The notes under the pieces were generated by a model. That model saw only the letters and a list, made by a program, of their open reading frames with translations, was not told where the DNA came from and did no database searches. A stretch of 64,000 bases of DNA from Pirellulales bacterium (GTDB lineage: Bacteria; Planctomycetota; Planctomycetia; Pirellulales; JAICIG01), in the NCBI GenBank assembly GCA_040901675.1, contig JBBDYJ010000038.1, forward strand, positions 128,001 through 192,000, given 5' to 3'. Made by a program: the position numbers and the translations under genes. Shown here in pieces: positions 19,175 through 29,089 of this stretch (its first letter is position 1; every line of letters begins with the position of its first letter).

Positions 19175-22100
19175 CTAGTTGTTTCTCGGCGCCGGCATGC
19201 TGGCTTCAAAACCCGTCGGATCGAGTGCCATTGCTCGGCGACGAGCACTGTTCGCCTTTTGCGGTTGCCCCAAATGGTCGTAGTTGATCGCCAGATTCGT
19301 CCATAACGTGGCCGACGTCGGGAACCGTGTACACAACCGGTCGAAAACGGTTGTGGCATCGCCGAATTGTTTTCTCCGCCAGCATTCAACACCCACGCGG
19401 TTTCCCTGGGCGCAGACGGAACTTTCCGACGACGCGAGCAGGCGATCGAGCAGTTCAAGATCAAGGCGTTCTTTTAGCAGTATTTGATCGGCCAGCAGTT
19501 CGGGACTATGCGGATTTGTGCGGAGTCCGAATTCCACCATGGCCGCGGCAGTTTCGGTAAAGCCTGCGTCGCTGAACAGTCCTATGAGTTCGTGGAGACA
19601 CGTGACCTGTCGCGCGCCGCATCCCAGCCGGTCGAATCCTTCAATAAACCACTCCGCCCGCGCGGCAGCCAGTATCGACCGCTCGGTGGTCTTATCCCCG
19701 CGGAATTGATACAAATGCCGCGCAGCAGTGAATTCTAGTTGCATATTGCGGTCGAGATTGCGGCGCTCGGAGCCATCGGCAGCAACCAATCTCTGAAGCC
19801 CTCCTTCGTCGAGAACGATGCGCGTCAACAGCAGATTCCTAACGTCGGTCGTTCCGAAGTATCGATTCAGATCGGATTGCATCGCAGGCGAGCCATCGAC
19901 AAGTTGCTGTGCCGCCTCAATGGCCGTTGCATCACGATCGAGCGGCTGGTTGGACGCCAGTAAGATTGTGTCGCCGTTGGAAATGCGAACGAGCTGGTGA
20001 TGAGGGAATACATCGCGCATCGTGCGGACAATCATTGCGTAGTCTTGGGGGGAGAAGCAGTAGGTCTGGATCCATTGCGCAAAAATGCCGTTCGGGGCCA
20101 GCTTCCGGCTCGCGATCCAATAAAACTCTGCCGTGAAGAGGTTTGAAACGCCGGCGATCCAGGGATTCGACGGTTCCGAAAGGATCAGATCGTACCGGTC
20201 GGCTGTCCCCTGGACATACGCCCGCGCGTCGTCGTAGACCACCGTGAAGTGGGGCGATTTCAGCGGCTCATGGTTGACCTTCGCGAAATGCGGCGCTGCG
20301 GCGACGATCGCTGGCTCTATCTCGCAGCACGTCACGCGCGATTCCGGGAACAAGAGGGCCGTTCCGCAAGTCGTGCCCGTTCCGAATCCGACGACGAGAA
20401 CGTTTTGGGCATCTGGATTCAGGAACCGTGGGAAATATGCCAATCCTAGCTGCATGGCCATATCGCCATGGCTGCTGCCGTCTACCTTACCGTTGACTCG
20501 AAATGAAGTCGAGTCCCCCTGTTTCGTGACGAGAACATTGCAGGAAGCCCCCTCTTCGTAGAAAAGCACTTCCGCTGATCTCTCGGCGGGGCTGCTGTAG
20601 CCGTATAGAAACATGCCCATGTTGGTGAGCCGCGGATCCTCGCGACCGCGAGAAAACTGTGCGACGGCAAGCCCAACCAGGAGCATTACTAGATACGGTT
20701 TGACGCTCCTGCAGCCAGAGTCTGCGACTAGCAGGGCTACTGGCACGAGGTAAAGGACTAGCGCAAGCGACACGATCAGGCGCGTGCCCAACGTCGGCAC
20801 AAGCCATACGGATGTTCCCACGGCGCCGACCAGCGCTCCCACGGTATTGCAGGCGTAAACGGTTCCGACCGCGAAACCGGCCCTCGCCGCGGACCGCCGG
20901 GTACATTGCACAAGAATCGGAAACAGGGCCCCCATTGCCATCGCCGGAAGGAATACGAGCAGCATGCTGGCCGCGAAGTAAACCAAAGCATTTACGACAC
21001 CATTTGTCCTAAGCGGTATTGACAAACCGACGCAGTCCGCCACAAACGGCAGCAACCAGACTCCCACGATTGTGCTGAAGACCAGGCCCGCCACGACGTA
21101 GAACAGTAGCGCGACGACACGATTGTCTTCAGGGATCGCCTTCTGCAATAATAAGCTTCCTGTCCCGATTCCCGCGAGAATGACAAACAAGACCGCGGTG
21201 AACGCGTAAGTCGAGCTTCCCAGCACGAGGGCCAACTGGCGGTTCCAAACCGTCTGCAGCATCAGTCCAGCGCACCCCACCAGACCGGCGACAACGTACG
21301 TCGCCTTCACAGAGACGGCGTAACCGAATCTGCTGTCTGCGGCGCGTGCGTCGGCGGCCGGAGCGGTTGCGCTGCTTGCGAACAGAACGGTTAGCGGCAG
21401 GCGATACGCAGTGCTGATCGCGGCGATTCCGACGGCAAGATTCGCCATTGCCGTGGCGACATTGGTCCAGAACAAGCCCAGCTCCGGAAGTACGTGGAAT
21501 CCGACCAGGTAACAGCCGAGCGCCGCTCCCAGCGTATTGATTCCGTAAAGCCATCCCGTCGCTTGTCCTAACCCCGAACGTGACGCGAATTGGCGTACCA
21601 TTAAAGGCAACGTCGCTCCCATAAGCACGCACGACGGACCAATTACCGCAAGCGTTGTGGCACAGCGCAGCAAGGCATACGCGATGGGGAAGTCCCGCAA
21701 ACTCGAGTAGTAATCCACGGAAACACGCCACACCAGATTAGTTCCAGTTGGAATCAACAGCGCCAGCCCGCCCACGCCGATCTCGAATACGCCGTACCAG
21801 ACCACGGGCCGGGCAACGCGGTCGGCAATCGCCCCCCCACACCTGGCGCCGATTCCCAACCCCAGCAAAAACGATCCGACGACCGACGCCATCGCCAGCG
21901 TCGAGCTACCCCAGACATGCGAGAATTGCTTGAACCAGATGACCTCGTAAGACAGCCCGGTCATTCCCGATAGAAAGAACAGCGTCGACAGCGTCCTCGA
22001 CCGAGCATCCCAACGAGGCTGTTGCGTAATCGGCAGCCATGAATTCCGCGAGAGTTCTCCTGTGGCAGCCTGGAGACTAGCACTAGCCAGGGGACCGGCC

Positions 22101-22201
22101 ATACAATGAGGAGAGGCAGCCATGTCATCTTGACGAGCAGAACCAGGCCCAGGGCGCAAGCTGGCTGCACCAGCGCGCGTACCGCCGAGAGTTGCATCCA
22201 T
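19175..22201 (-). CDS. Fused multi-TM membrane / spermidine-synthase-like domain protein with C-terminal TPR
   Basis: [16 protein letters not shown] and two TM bundles; then NGKVDGS, VVGFGTG, CEIEP, DDAR and SEPSNPW; TPR-like tail. Start uncertain. Confidence 0.85.
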   Translation of the reverse strand: MDATLGGTRAGAASLRPGPGSARQDDMAASPHCMAGPLASASLQAATGELSRNSWLPITQQPRWDARSRTLSTLFFLSGMTGLSYEVIWFKQFSHVWGSSTLAMASVVGSFLLGLGIGARCGGAIADRVARPVVWYGVFEIGVGGLALLIPTGTNLVWRVSVDYYSSLRDFPIAYALLRCATTLAVIGPSCVLMGATLPLMVRQFASRSGLGQATGWLYGINTLGAALGCYLVGFHVLPELGLFWTNVATAMANLAVGIAAISTAYRLPLTVLFASSATAPAADARAADSRFGYAVSVKATYVVAGLVGCAGLMLQTVWNRQLALVLGSSTYAFTAVLFVILAGIGTGSLLLQKAIPEDNRVVALLFYVVAGLVFSTIVGVWLLPFVADCVGLSIPLRTNGVVNALVYFAASMLLVFLPAMAMGALFPILVQCTRRSAARAGFAVGTVYACNTVGALVGAVGTSVWLVPTLGTRLIVSLALVLYLVPVALLVADSGCRSVKPYLVMLLVGLAVAQFSRGREDPRLTNMGMFLYGYSSPAERSAEVLFYEEGASCNVLVTKQGDSTSFRVNGKVDGSSHGDMAMQLGLAYFPRFLNPDAQNVLVVGFGTGTTCGTALLFPESRVTCCEIEPAIVAAAPHFAKVNHEPLKSPHFTVVYDDARAYVQGTADRYDLILSEPSNPWIAGVSNLFTAEFYWIASRKLAPNGIFAQWIQTYCFSPQDYAMIVRTMRDVFPHHQLVRISNGDTILLASNQPLDRDATAIEAAQQLVDGSPAMQSDLNRYFGTTDVRNLLLTRIVLDEGGLQRLVAADGSERRNLDRNMQLEFTAARHLYQFRGDKTTERSILAAARAEWFIEGFDRLGCGARQVTCLHELIGLFSDAGFTETAAAMVEFGLRTNPHSPELLADQILLKERLDLELLDRLLASSESSVCAQGNRVGVECWRRKQFGDATTVFDRLCTRFPTSATLWTNLAINYDHLGQPQKANSARRRAMALDPTGFEASMPAPRNN

Positions 22202-22236
22202 CGTCACTGACAGCTCAGAGGGCTCGGTCCCCACGC

Positions 22237-23301
22237 TCAGCCCTTCTTGCGCCAGAAGAATCTCGCCAAGCAGCCCACGCAAATTAGCGTGAGCACAAAG
22301 GCATTCAGCACTAGCAGCCATCTAGGGCGAGGGGCCCCTTCCGGAGGGGTCGCAGAGCGCAGGCCGACTTCGACCGCCTTCTCCCCATCCCAGATCCTAT
22401 TGGCGCGCGTGGGATTGGGCTGGATGTATACTGCCGTCCCGATGGGCACATTCAGCGAGGATGCCTTGAACAATTCCGGCTTCAACGCCTCGTTTATCGA
22501 GAAGACTTCGATCGTTTCCTCTTGGCGAGTCTGGACTTTGCCGTCGACGGTTTTTTCATACACGCTCGCGAACGGAAACCAGATTCCACTGTCCTGCCAT
22601 TCTCGAACCTCCGTCTCCGTACGAACTCTTACTGGCACGGCGCCGTCCAGATAGTCGAGCCGATACTCGAGGATGGAGTAACCCATCGTGGGGGCCACCC
22701 AAATAGTGTGTTTGTTGTCCGTAGAGTCATAAGCACGATCAAGCCGAAAGGAGATCTTCTTGCAGCGAACTGCACGAAGCACATCGTCTTCCATTTGCCG
22801 ATCGACAAACCTGGGATTCCGCAGAACGTCCGTCATCGGAATGGACATCTGGGATCCCTCCGGATGCCACGCAATCCAGCGGATGTCAGCGGCTCTTATC
22901 TTATCGTCCCGGGTTTGCGTCGGATCAGAAGCGGGCAGAACAAACTCCAGAGCCCGCTTTGCGCCATTTGCAGACTGCTTGGTCCCATACATGATCTCTT
23001 CGTTGTCACCCCAGATAAGATACCCGTCGTAGTGATCACTGGTAAGCCCCGGGAAACGCTCGTGCGCAGCATAGAGCGATCGCAAATCTGCCCGCTGGCG
23101 GTCGCCATCGAGGTAAGATGTGAACATCAGTACCTCTTGGCCTGACCCTCCTATCGGATAGCGAAAAGAGACGCGAACATGCCAGCGTTTAATGGCCAGT
23201 CGATTCGCAATCACTTTTTCCTCTACGGCCGCAATCTCATCGTCAGCAGTAGTGCCGACAAAGGCGATGGGTAGGAGAAGAGCTACGAAGCCTCCCATCA
23301 A
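22237..23301 (-). CDS. Secreted beta-rich hypothetical protein with C-terminal membrane anchor
   Basis: Signal-like N-terminus, AGGAG SD, TIWVAPTMGY and GIWFP strands, C-terminal TM followed by RKKG. Confidence 0.7.
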   Translation of the reverse strand: MMGGFVALLLPIAFVGTTADDEIAAVEEKVIANRLAIKRWHVRVSFRYPIGGSGQEVLMFTSYLDGDRQRADLRSLYAAHERFPGLTSDHYDGYLIWGDNEEIMYGTKQSANGAKRALEFVLPASDPTQTRDDKIRAADIRWIAWHPEGSQMSIPMTDVLRNPRFVDRQMEDDVLRAVRCKKISFRLDRAYDSTDNKHTIWVAPTMGYSILEYRLDYLDGAVPVRVRTETEVREWQDSGIWFPFASVYEKTVDGKVQTRQEETIEVFSINEALKPELFKASSLNVPIGTAVYIQPNPTRANRIWDGEKAVEVGLRSATPPEGAPRPRWLLVLNAFVLTLICVGCLARFFWRKKG

Positions 23302-23417
23302 TAACTCCTGGACTCTGACGTGGACTCGAACGGCAGCAACACCCGCGTACCCAACGGCCGCCCGCGACCTGGCCGCGTCTGGCGGTCACAGCCCTTCGCG
23401 AGATGGTAAATCAAAGC

Positions 23418-23798
23418 TCAGTCACCTGTTTCACAAGGGACTGTCTTTTGCGGATTCACGTCATGCTCCTTAGTTATGTTGTTATTAGCCTTGCAAACCT
23501 TCGTGAACGTAGTCCAAATACACGGATGATACGTGTAGCAGACGACCGTACTGTCGGTGTCAACCTCCACCTTAGTGCCTTCCTGCTTCTCCGAGCTCAA
23601 GGGCTGCGTTTTCGACTCCACAAGCTCCCTGTTGTTTGTACAAGTGCTTCCCGTTCCCACGCATCCGTTAGGGACGGTCTCGCATTTGATGCGCTTATCC
23701 CTCACGTCTGGACACGCCGCCAGCACGACGCACGCCTGAATAATTAACGCCACAACCACGAATCCACTAATCCGGACGAATCTGGATTCCGTCGTCAT
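23418..23798 (-). CDS. Small secreted cysteine-rich protein
   Basis: GGAAGGAG SD, a hydrophobic signal peptide, and 8 Cys in the ~108-aa predicted mature region. Confidence 0.7.
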   Translation of the reverse strand: MTTESRFVRISGFVVVALIIQACVVLAACPDVRDKRIKCETVPNGCVGTGSTCTNNRELVESKTQPLSSEKQEGTKVEVDTDSTVVCYTYHPCIWTTFTKVCKANNNITKEHDVNPQKTVPCETGD

Positions 23799-23856
23799 CG
23801 ATATTCTCCTTCCACGGAAAGGAAACAAACGCCTGTTTCAGAAGGGGGGTACGCGC

Positions 23857-24558
23857 CTATTGCGAGACAACCGTTAGGGGAATCCTGACGGTCCTTTCTG
23901 TCGGACAGTCGGTTAGGATCGTCAACTCCGGGGTTAAACGCACGTCGTCGGTCCAGTGCTCCGGGAGGAAGGCAACCTCTACCGTATGGCTCGCGCACGT
24001 CAGTACTCGGAACGCTGGGTGCGAGCAGTTAGCCCCTACGATCTTTACAGGAGAATCCGGGGTACTCGACTTCAGCCGAACGCCTTCGAATTCGGCGGTT
24101 GTTTCGGCAAACTCCAAACGGCGCGGTTCGTAATTGAAGAAGGGGATGACGTCCGCTTCCATCCGCAAACGGAGCTGCTTAAGTGCCGAGTCTGGCCCAA
24201 GGGTGTAGAAGACGACAAATTCGCTATTGGACTGTCCTCGCAACCCGCTGGTGTTCCAGTCGCATTCAACCGCAACCCCTTCGCCCGCGGCGAGTTCTTT
24301 GCGACTGAATCTGACGTCGGCGCATTGACAGGACTTAACGACATGCACAATTCGGATCGGAGCGTTGGAGCTGTTGATAAGCTCGAACTGCGCCCGCGCT
24401 TGTCCCTGCATCACGGGCCCAGCGGCATAAACGGCATTCACCGCGTGTAGTCCAGGCACCGAAGGGGGCTGGAACGCAAGACGCGTCGACCAGAGGGAAA
24501 GACCTCCCGACCCGATGCCCAGAATCAGCAGTAATCCTCGCGAGGCGAAGGCCTTCAT
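23857..24558 (-). CDS. DUF1573-like Ig-fold domain protein
   Basis: FELINSSNAPIRIVHVVKSCQCA...LAAGE pattern after an N-terminal TM. Confidence 0.8.
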   Translation of the reverse strand: MKAFASRGLLLILGIGSGGLSLWSTRLAFQPPSVPGLHAVNAVYAAGPVMQGQARAQFELINSSNAPIRIVHVVKSCQCADVRFSRKELAAGEGVAVECDWNTSGLRGQSNSEFVVFYTLGPDSALKQLRLRMEADVIPFFNYEPRRLEFAETTAEFEGVRLKSSTPDSPVKIVGANCSHPAFRVLTCASHTVEVAFLPEHWTDDVRLTPELTILTDCPTERTVRIPLTVVSQ

Positions 24559-24843
24559 CGTACAACCCGCCGGAGGCGATGTGCCGTTGGATCGTCAAGT
24601 CGTAATATTGGCGGTGGCTGGTACATAAGTCAAGTAAAAAGAATCGTAAAGAATCGTTCTGTCGCAACTCAGCGTCCGGGGTCGGCTGCTGCCTTGCCGG
24701 CCAAACTGGTTCAAATCCGGGGCAAAGCGCTGGGACAGGCTGGAACACCGACCGGAGGTCAACCCCGGCAAATCCAATCTCCCCCGCGGATTGCCCCAAA
24801 GTTCTGGCTTGCATTTTTCCCGCTCCGCCCCACGTGGGCGGCA

Positions 24844-25836
24844 TCATTCGTCTTGAGGCCCGCGGGCGCCAAATTGCCCCGAATGCCCTTTGATGCCCCC
24901 TGAGAGTGAACTCGAAGTCACCATCCCGTTTCTCAGCGTGACGATCGCAGGCGTAGAAACAAACCATTTCTGGCCATCGTCAAGTCGACCATGTCGAAAG
25001 TGCGGTGCAGATACGGAAAGAACCCGGAAATCGCGGTAGGGCGGTATCTCGATCAAAGCGATTGACCATGCGGTTGACCCCGACTTAACTTCTGCGGCCA
25101 ACTTCTCGCAGTCGGCAAGCGCTTCTTGACATTTCTGGCAATCATAGTGGTAAAACAAGACCGTCCAACTGCCGCGAGAGAGGTCTTCGCCGATGTCGAT
25201 GTCCGCGAGTAATGGCAATCTCTTGCCGATCAACCGCTCGGGCTGAAAGACGTGAACCTCGCCGGCGAGGCCAGTCGCCCATCCGCCGCTCGTAAAGAGA
25301 CCGGCTGAAAAGCCCATCAGAACACAAGCGAAAAAAGGCACGACCCCCACTGCAGGGGCCCCAGCGACGGTGGATGCCACGGCGTCAAGCTGCCCCGGCT
25401 TAGATTCGGCTGGAGTTGTTCCTTGGGGAACTGGTATCGGCACAAAAAACAGGGCGGCGAGTGCCGTGAGATCGAGTACCAACGTAGCCCATGGGCTGAC
25501 GGATACACCTCCAAAACATCCACACGAGGGCAGCCCGCGAAGGGCAACAATCAACGAGTAGGCGCCGAAACCGCCAAAGGTGGCGAGCGATACTCCCCAG
25601 GCAGCGCGAGGCCGGAGGCCGGACAAAAGCCAAATGCCCAGGATACATTCGAACCCCGCCAGGCCACCGATTGCCAGCCAGCGGAAGCTGACAACATGCG
25701 CCTCAGCCGATGCGACCGTGGGAAGGTGATATCCTTTCAGCCCGGCGGCCGCCAGCAGAATGACGCCAAGCACCACGCGGACCAAGTGGTGAACCCTGAT
25801 CGGAACAGCACTCAGGGTCGTCGGGCAGCGTGCCAT
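24844..25836 (-). CDS. MauE/DoxX-family membrane protein fused to a thioredoxin-like domain
   Basis: LLAAAGLKG, the SCGCFG motif, and C-terminal YHYDCQKC (CxxC) ... STPAIV. Confidence 0.82.
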   Translation of the reverse strand: MARCPTTLSAVPIRVHHLVRVVLGVILLAAAGLKGYHLPTVASAEAHVVSFRWLAIGGLAGFECILGIWLLSGLRPRAAWGVSLATFGGFGAYSLIVALRGLPSCGCFGGVSVSPWATLVLDLTALAALFFVPIPVPQGTTPAESKPGQLDAVASTVAGAPAVGVVPFFACVLMGFSAGLFTSGGWATGLAGEVHVFQPERLIGKRLPLLADIDIGEDLSRGSWTVLFYHYDCQKCQEALADCEKLAAEVKSGSTAWSIALIEIPPYRDFRVLSVSAPHFRHGRLDDGQKWFVSTPAIVTLRNGMVTSSSLSGGIKGHSGQFGARGPQDE

Positions 25837-25944
25837 GCTGAATGTGCTCTCTCTGGTCCGCCAGATAGCCGATGTCTCTGGCCACGAGCCATGTAAGGCA
25901 AGAAACTACCAGCGTTGGGAAGAAAGTCAAATACGGCGGAGCGA

Positions 25945-26112
25945 CTGCCGTGGACTCCTTCCGTGAGGTATTCGGAGGGCGCCGATCGCGGGCCTGCCGC
26001 GACCATCTCGGCTGGCATGAGATTCGCGCCTACAGCATCGACATCGACGCGACCGTTCTCGGCGAAAGGGCCGAACACAAGTAATAAGGACGCCGTCCGA
26101 ACAGGTGGCCAT
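25945..26112 (+). pseudogene. Degenerate ParB N-terminal domain fragment
   Basis: GGRRSRACRDHLGWHEIRAYSIDIDATVLGERAEHK* aligns with YGRRRLRVCDQLGWKEIPALIIDIKAIVLAEHAENEFRK of the downstream gene. Confidence 0.7.
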
Positions 26113-26226
26113 TGCGGCCGAGGTCACGGCCACCACTGGAACTAGCCCGCAAGGCCTGACGGTGGCCACCTGCCGATTGGCTCGCCGCCACCCCCCGTCC
26201 GGGGCAATCTTGAGCCCTTCTCCGAA

Positions 26227-26252
26227 AAATTCCTGAAATCTTTCAGGAATTT
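26227..26252. promoter_or_regulatory. Perfect 12-bp inverted repeat (candidate operator or parS-like site)
   Basis: AAATTCCTGAAA-TC-TTTCAGGAATTT, ~140 bp upstream of the ParB-domain gene. Confidence 0.55.
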
Positions 26253-26390
26253 ATGTCAGGTTTTTCGGCCCAATCTCGACTACTAAGGCGGGGTCTGGCG
26301 GCTGCACCTGTGGGCGACCAAATCCCCCGAGACAGGTCCGGTTGCCGGATCGCTCGAAAACCTTAGACCCCGAAAGGAGTTGCTTAGGCC

Positions 26391-27752
26391 ATGGAACTGC
26401 AAACTGTCGAGATTAGCACGATTGAAATCGGCGAGCGCCACCGCAAGCAAATGGGGGACACGAAAGGGCTTGCCCAGAGTATCAAGGAGATCGGCCTGCT
26501 GCAGCCCATCGGGATTACGCCCGAGCGGCGGCTCCTCTACGGAAGACGCCGCTTGCGGGTCTGCGACCAGCTCGGCTGGAAAGAAATTCCGGCCCTCATC
26601 ATCGACATCAAGGCCATTGTTCTCGCCGAACACGCCGAGAACGAGTTCAGGAAAGCACTTACGCTGTCGGAGCGCGTGACGATTGCGGCTGAGGTCAAGG
26701 CCGCCCTGGCCGAGCGGCGGGGCAACCCTTCAATTCGTCACACACGTGACGAATTGAAGGGCCGCACGGACGAGTTCCTCGCAACCTCGGCCGGCTTCAG
26801 CAGCCGGGGGAGCTACCAGAGAGCCAAGACGGTGGTTGAGAAAGGGACGGCGGAGCTCGTCCAGGCCATGGATGAAGGCACGATCCCCCTCTCCACGGCC
26901 GCGGCCCTGGCCCATGCGCCACCCGAAAAGCAAAAGCGGGAGCTCAGCGCGCCCCAGATCCGGAAAGCTGCCGCCGCCGAGCGGCGCAAGCGGTCCAAGA
27001 AAACCCGCCGTGCCCGCGTGCGCGAGGAGCATGCCACGCCGCCGGACCCGCCGTTCGAGCTTCGCGGCGCCGGCTGGAAGGTCACGTCGGCCCAGGAAGC
27101 GGTGCCGTGCGAGCTGGTGCTGGTGCGGCTGCCGTTTTGCGAGCCGGAGGAGCCGTGGACCAGTGCCGAAGTCCGCGCGTCGGCCGAGGAAGCGTGCAAC
27201 CGCTGGACAGTCTGCGGGGCGGACCACTTCGCGGTTTTCTGGACGCCGGAATTGGTGTCAGAGGGGCAAGCGTGGCTCGACGAGTGGCTGTGCGGCTACC
27301 AGTACCACCAGGTGCTGATCAGCCAGGCGCGCACAACGGCGTACTGCGGCAGCAGCGTCGTCTTTGGCCGCTGCTGGCAGCCGATCTTTGTCTATCGGCG
27401 GGCCGGGATGGCTCGGCATGCCCGATCGTCCGCCACGACATTAGACCTCCACTTGCACACGTGTCAAGCAGGCGGCGGGCGTGCGCCGCCTGGCGCTGGA
27501 CCGTTGGGGCCAGAATCGGAATCGACCGAAGCCGACCAGAATCTGACTTCGGTGATGGGCTGGCTGATCGACAACCTGACGCGGCGTCGACAAAAGGTCG
27601 CGTCGCTGCTCTGCGGCCGCTGTGCCTGCGGAGCTGCCGCTGTTCGCCTCGGCAGGGCGTTTCATGGAGTCGACACCGATCGCCAGCGGATCGCCAAGGC
27701 CGCCGAACGGCTCACGCGAGTCGCCGAGACAGTGAAAGCCAAGCCTCGTTAG
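26391..27752 (+). CDS. ParB/Srx N-terminal domain protein with degenerate DNA methyltransferase-like C-terminus
   Basis: LAQSIKEIGLLQPIGI, GRRRL, ENEFRK and an HTH-like segment. The C-terminal WLIDNLT...VASLLCG...LGRAFHGVD resembles a beta-class MTase tail. Confidence 0.8.
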   Translation: MELQTVEISTIEIGERHRKQMGDTKGLAQSIKEIGLLQPIGITPERRLLYGRRRLRVCDQLGWKEIPALIIDIKAIVLAEHAENEFRKALTLSERVTIAAEVKAALAERRGNPSIRHTRDELKGRTDEFLATSAGFSSRGSYQRAKTVVEKGTAELVQAMDEGTIPLSTAAALAHAPPEKQKRELSAPQIRKAAAAERRKRSKKTRRARVREEHATPPDPPFELRGAGWKVTSAQEAVPCELVLVRLPFCEPEEPWTSAEVRASAEEACNRWTVCGADHFAVFWTPELVSEGQAWLDEWLCGYQYHQVLISQARTTAYCGSSVVFGRCWQPIFVYRRAGMARHARSSATTLDLHLHTCQAGGGRAPPGAGPLGPESESTEADQNLTSVMGWLIDNLTRRRQKVASLLCGRCACGAAAVRLGRAFHGVDTDRQRIAKAAERLTRVAETVKAKPR

Positions 27753-27964
27753 CCGACAGCGTGCCACGGCAATTGTAAAATTGGATCTGCAAAGCCATCG
27801 AGCGCCTCGCGGAGTGATCATCTCCCCGCAGGCGGAACCGTGCTGTAAGTCCGCCTCCCGTGGACCTTCTGCCTGTCCTCGGACACTCCGCCTCCGGCCA
27901 AACCTACCCTCCCGGCTTCTGCCCTCGCCGCTCAATATTATGAACAAAACTGTGTACATGCTAC

Positions 27965-27994
27965 TTGACATTCAGCCACCACCCGCGGTATAAG
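27965..27994 (+). promoter_or_regulatory. Candidate sigma70-type promoter
   Basis: TTGACA-18bp-TATAAG. Confidence 0.45.
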
Positions 27995-28311
27995 GGTAGT
28001 GGTTAGCGGGTTCTCCTGTGGCGGGTTTCCAACACGGGACGTAAAGACATTCTGTCATAAATGTCAAGTAAATACGCCAAAGTCGACATCAGTTGCAAGC
28101 CGGGCTCGGATGCGTGTGTAGGCAGCACGTACGCGACCTGCCGCAGGGGCCAGGATGTCCCAGCTTCGTCCAGCCGCATTTCCTTCTGCATTCCGCCGTC
28201 TGCGCTCGTTCCCCCTGCCCACACTCCCCTCCTCCGCTTGATCGCTCTAGAATGGGTGGCGGATGGCATGCTGGCACGGACCGGCATAACGACACGGGCG
28301 GCATTCATCTT

Positions 28312-28650
28312 ATGGATGACTCATATCCGCTGGAAACGACGTGCCAGGCGGTGAAGGCCCGCTTGGACGCGGGCGACGGCTTTGTGCTCTTGGACTGCCG
28401 CGAGCAGGACGAGCACACGTTGGTGCACATCGAGGAGGCCCGCTTCTTGCCGATGAGCCAGATGATGGCCCGCGCCGCTGAGCTGGAGCCGTTCCGCGGC
28501 CGCGACATCGTGGTGCATTGCCATCATGGCGGCCGCAGCCTGCAGGTGGCCGCCTGGCTGCGCCAGCAAGGATTTCATCGCGCGCAGAGCATGTCCGGCG
28601 GCATCGACGAGTGGGCCGAACAGATCGACCCGCGGCTGACCCGCTACTGA
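28312..28650 (+). CDS. Rhodanese-like domain protein
   Basis: LLDCRE, HCHHGGRS and GGIDEW. Confidence 0.9.
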   Translation: MDDSYPLETTCQAVKARLDAGDGFVLLDCREQDEHTLVHIEEARFLPMSQMMARAAELEPFRGRDIVVHCHHGGRSLQVAAWLRQQGFHRAQSMSGGIDEWAEQIDPRLTRY

Positions 28651-28651
28651 T

Positions 28652-28778
28652 GTAGCTGGATTCGCCAGAATTCAGGTCCTGTTCGTCGTGATCCGTGCGG
28701 TGACGCCGACACGGCCTGAATTCTGGCGAATTCAGCTACGGTCAGAGCAACGGCCTGAGTTCTGGCGAATTCAGCTAC
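28652..28778. repeat. REP-like (GTAG family) cluster, three copies
   Basis: GTAGCTGGATTCGCCAGAATTC at 28652, with inverted copies at ~28718 and ~28757. Confidence 0.85.
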
Positions 28779-28802
28779 GGGCAGGGTGAAGCCCAGCGTG
28801 CC

Positions 28803-28831
28803 TTGAAATCCGTGGGCTGCCGTCCTATAAA
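28803..28831 (+). promoter_or_regulatory. Sigma70-type promoter of tRNA-Leu
   Basis: TTGAAA-17bp-TATAAA, 12 bp before the tRNA. Confidence 0.65.
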
Positions 28832-28843
28832 TGGTGTTTGAGA

Positions 28844-28928
28844 GCCGAAGTGGCGGAATTGGCAGACGCGCCAGGTTCAGGACCTGGTTCCCGTAAAGGG
28901 AGTGGAGGTTCAAGTCCTCTCTTCGGCA
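28844..28928 (+). tRNA. tRNA-Leu (CAG), CCA not encoded
   Basis: Acceptor stem GCCGAAG/CTTCGGC, D-loop GGAATTGGCAGAC, anticodon arm CCAGG-TTCAGGA-CCTGG, long variable arm, GGTTCAAGTCC. Confidence 0.96.
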
Positions 28929-29089
28929 CTCGTTCTTCCTTCCCGGTTCGCCCGGTCTTGCGGGGCTCTCCCCGCGTTCTGGGGGGCAGCCAAGGTTTTT
29001 GCACTGCGGCGAAAGCCGCCGCAGTTCCGGCGGCCGCGGGCCTCTGGGTAGCTAGACTTCGACCAGCTTTCTTCGGAGGATTTTGACTT

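Noticed and set aside
28900..28930. tRNA-Leu as an integration site for the upstream block
   Set aside because: No duplicated tRNA 3' end or integrase was found, and the block lies upstream of the tRNA.
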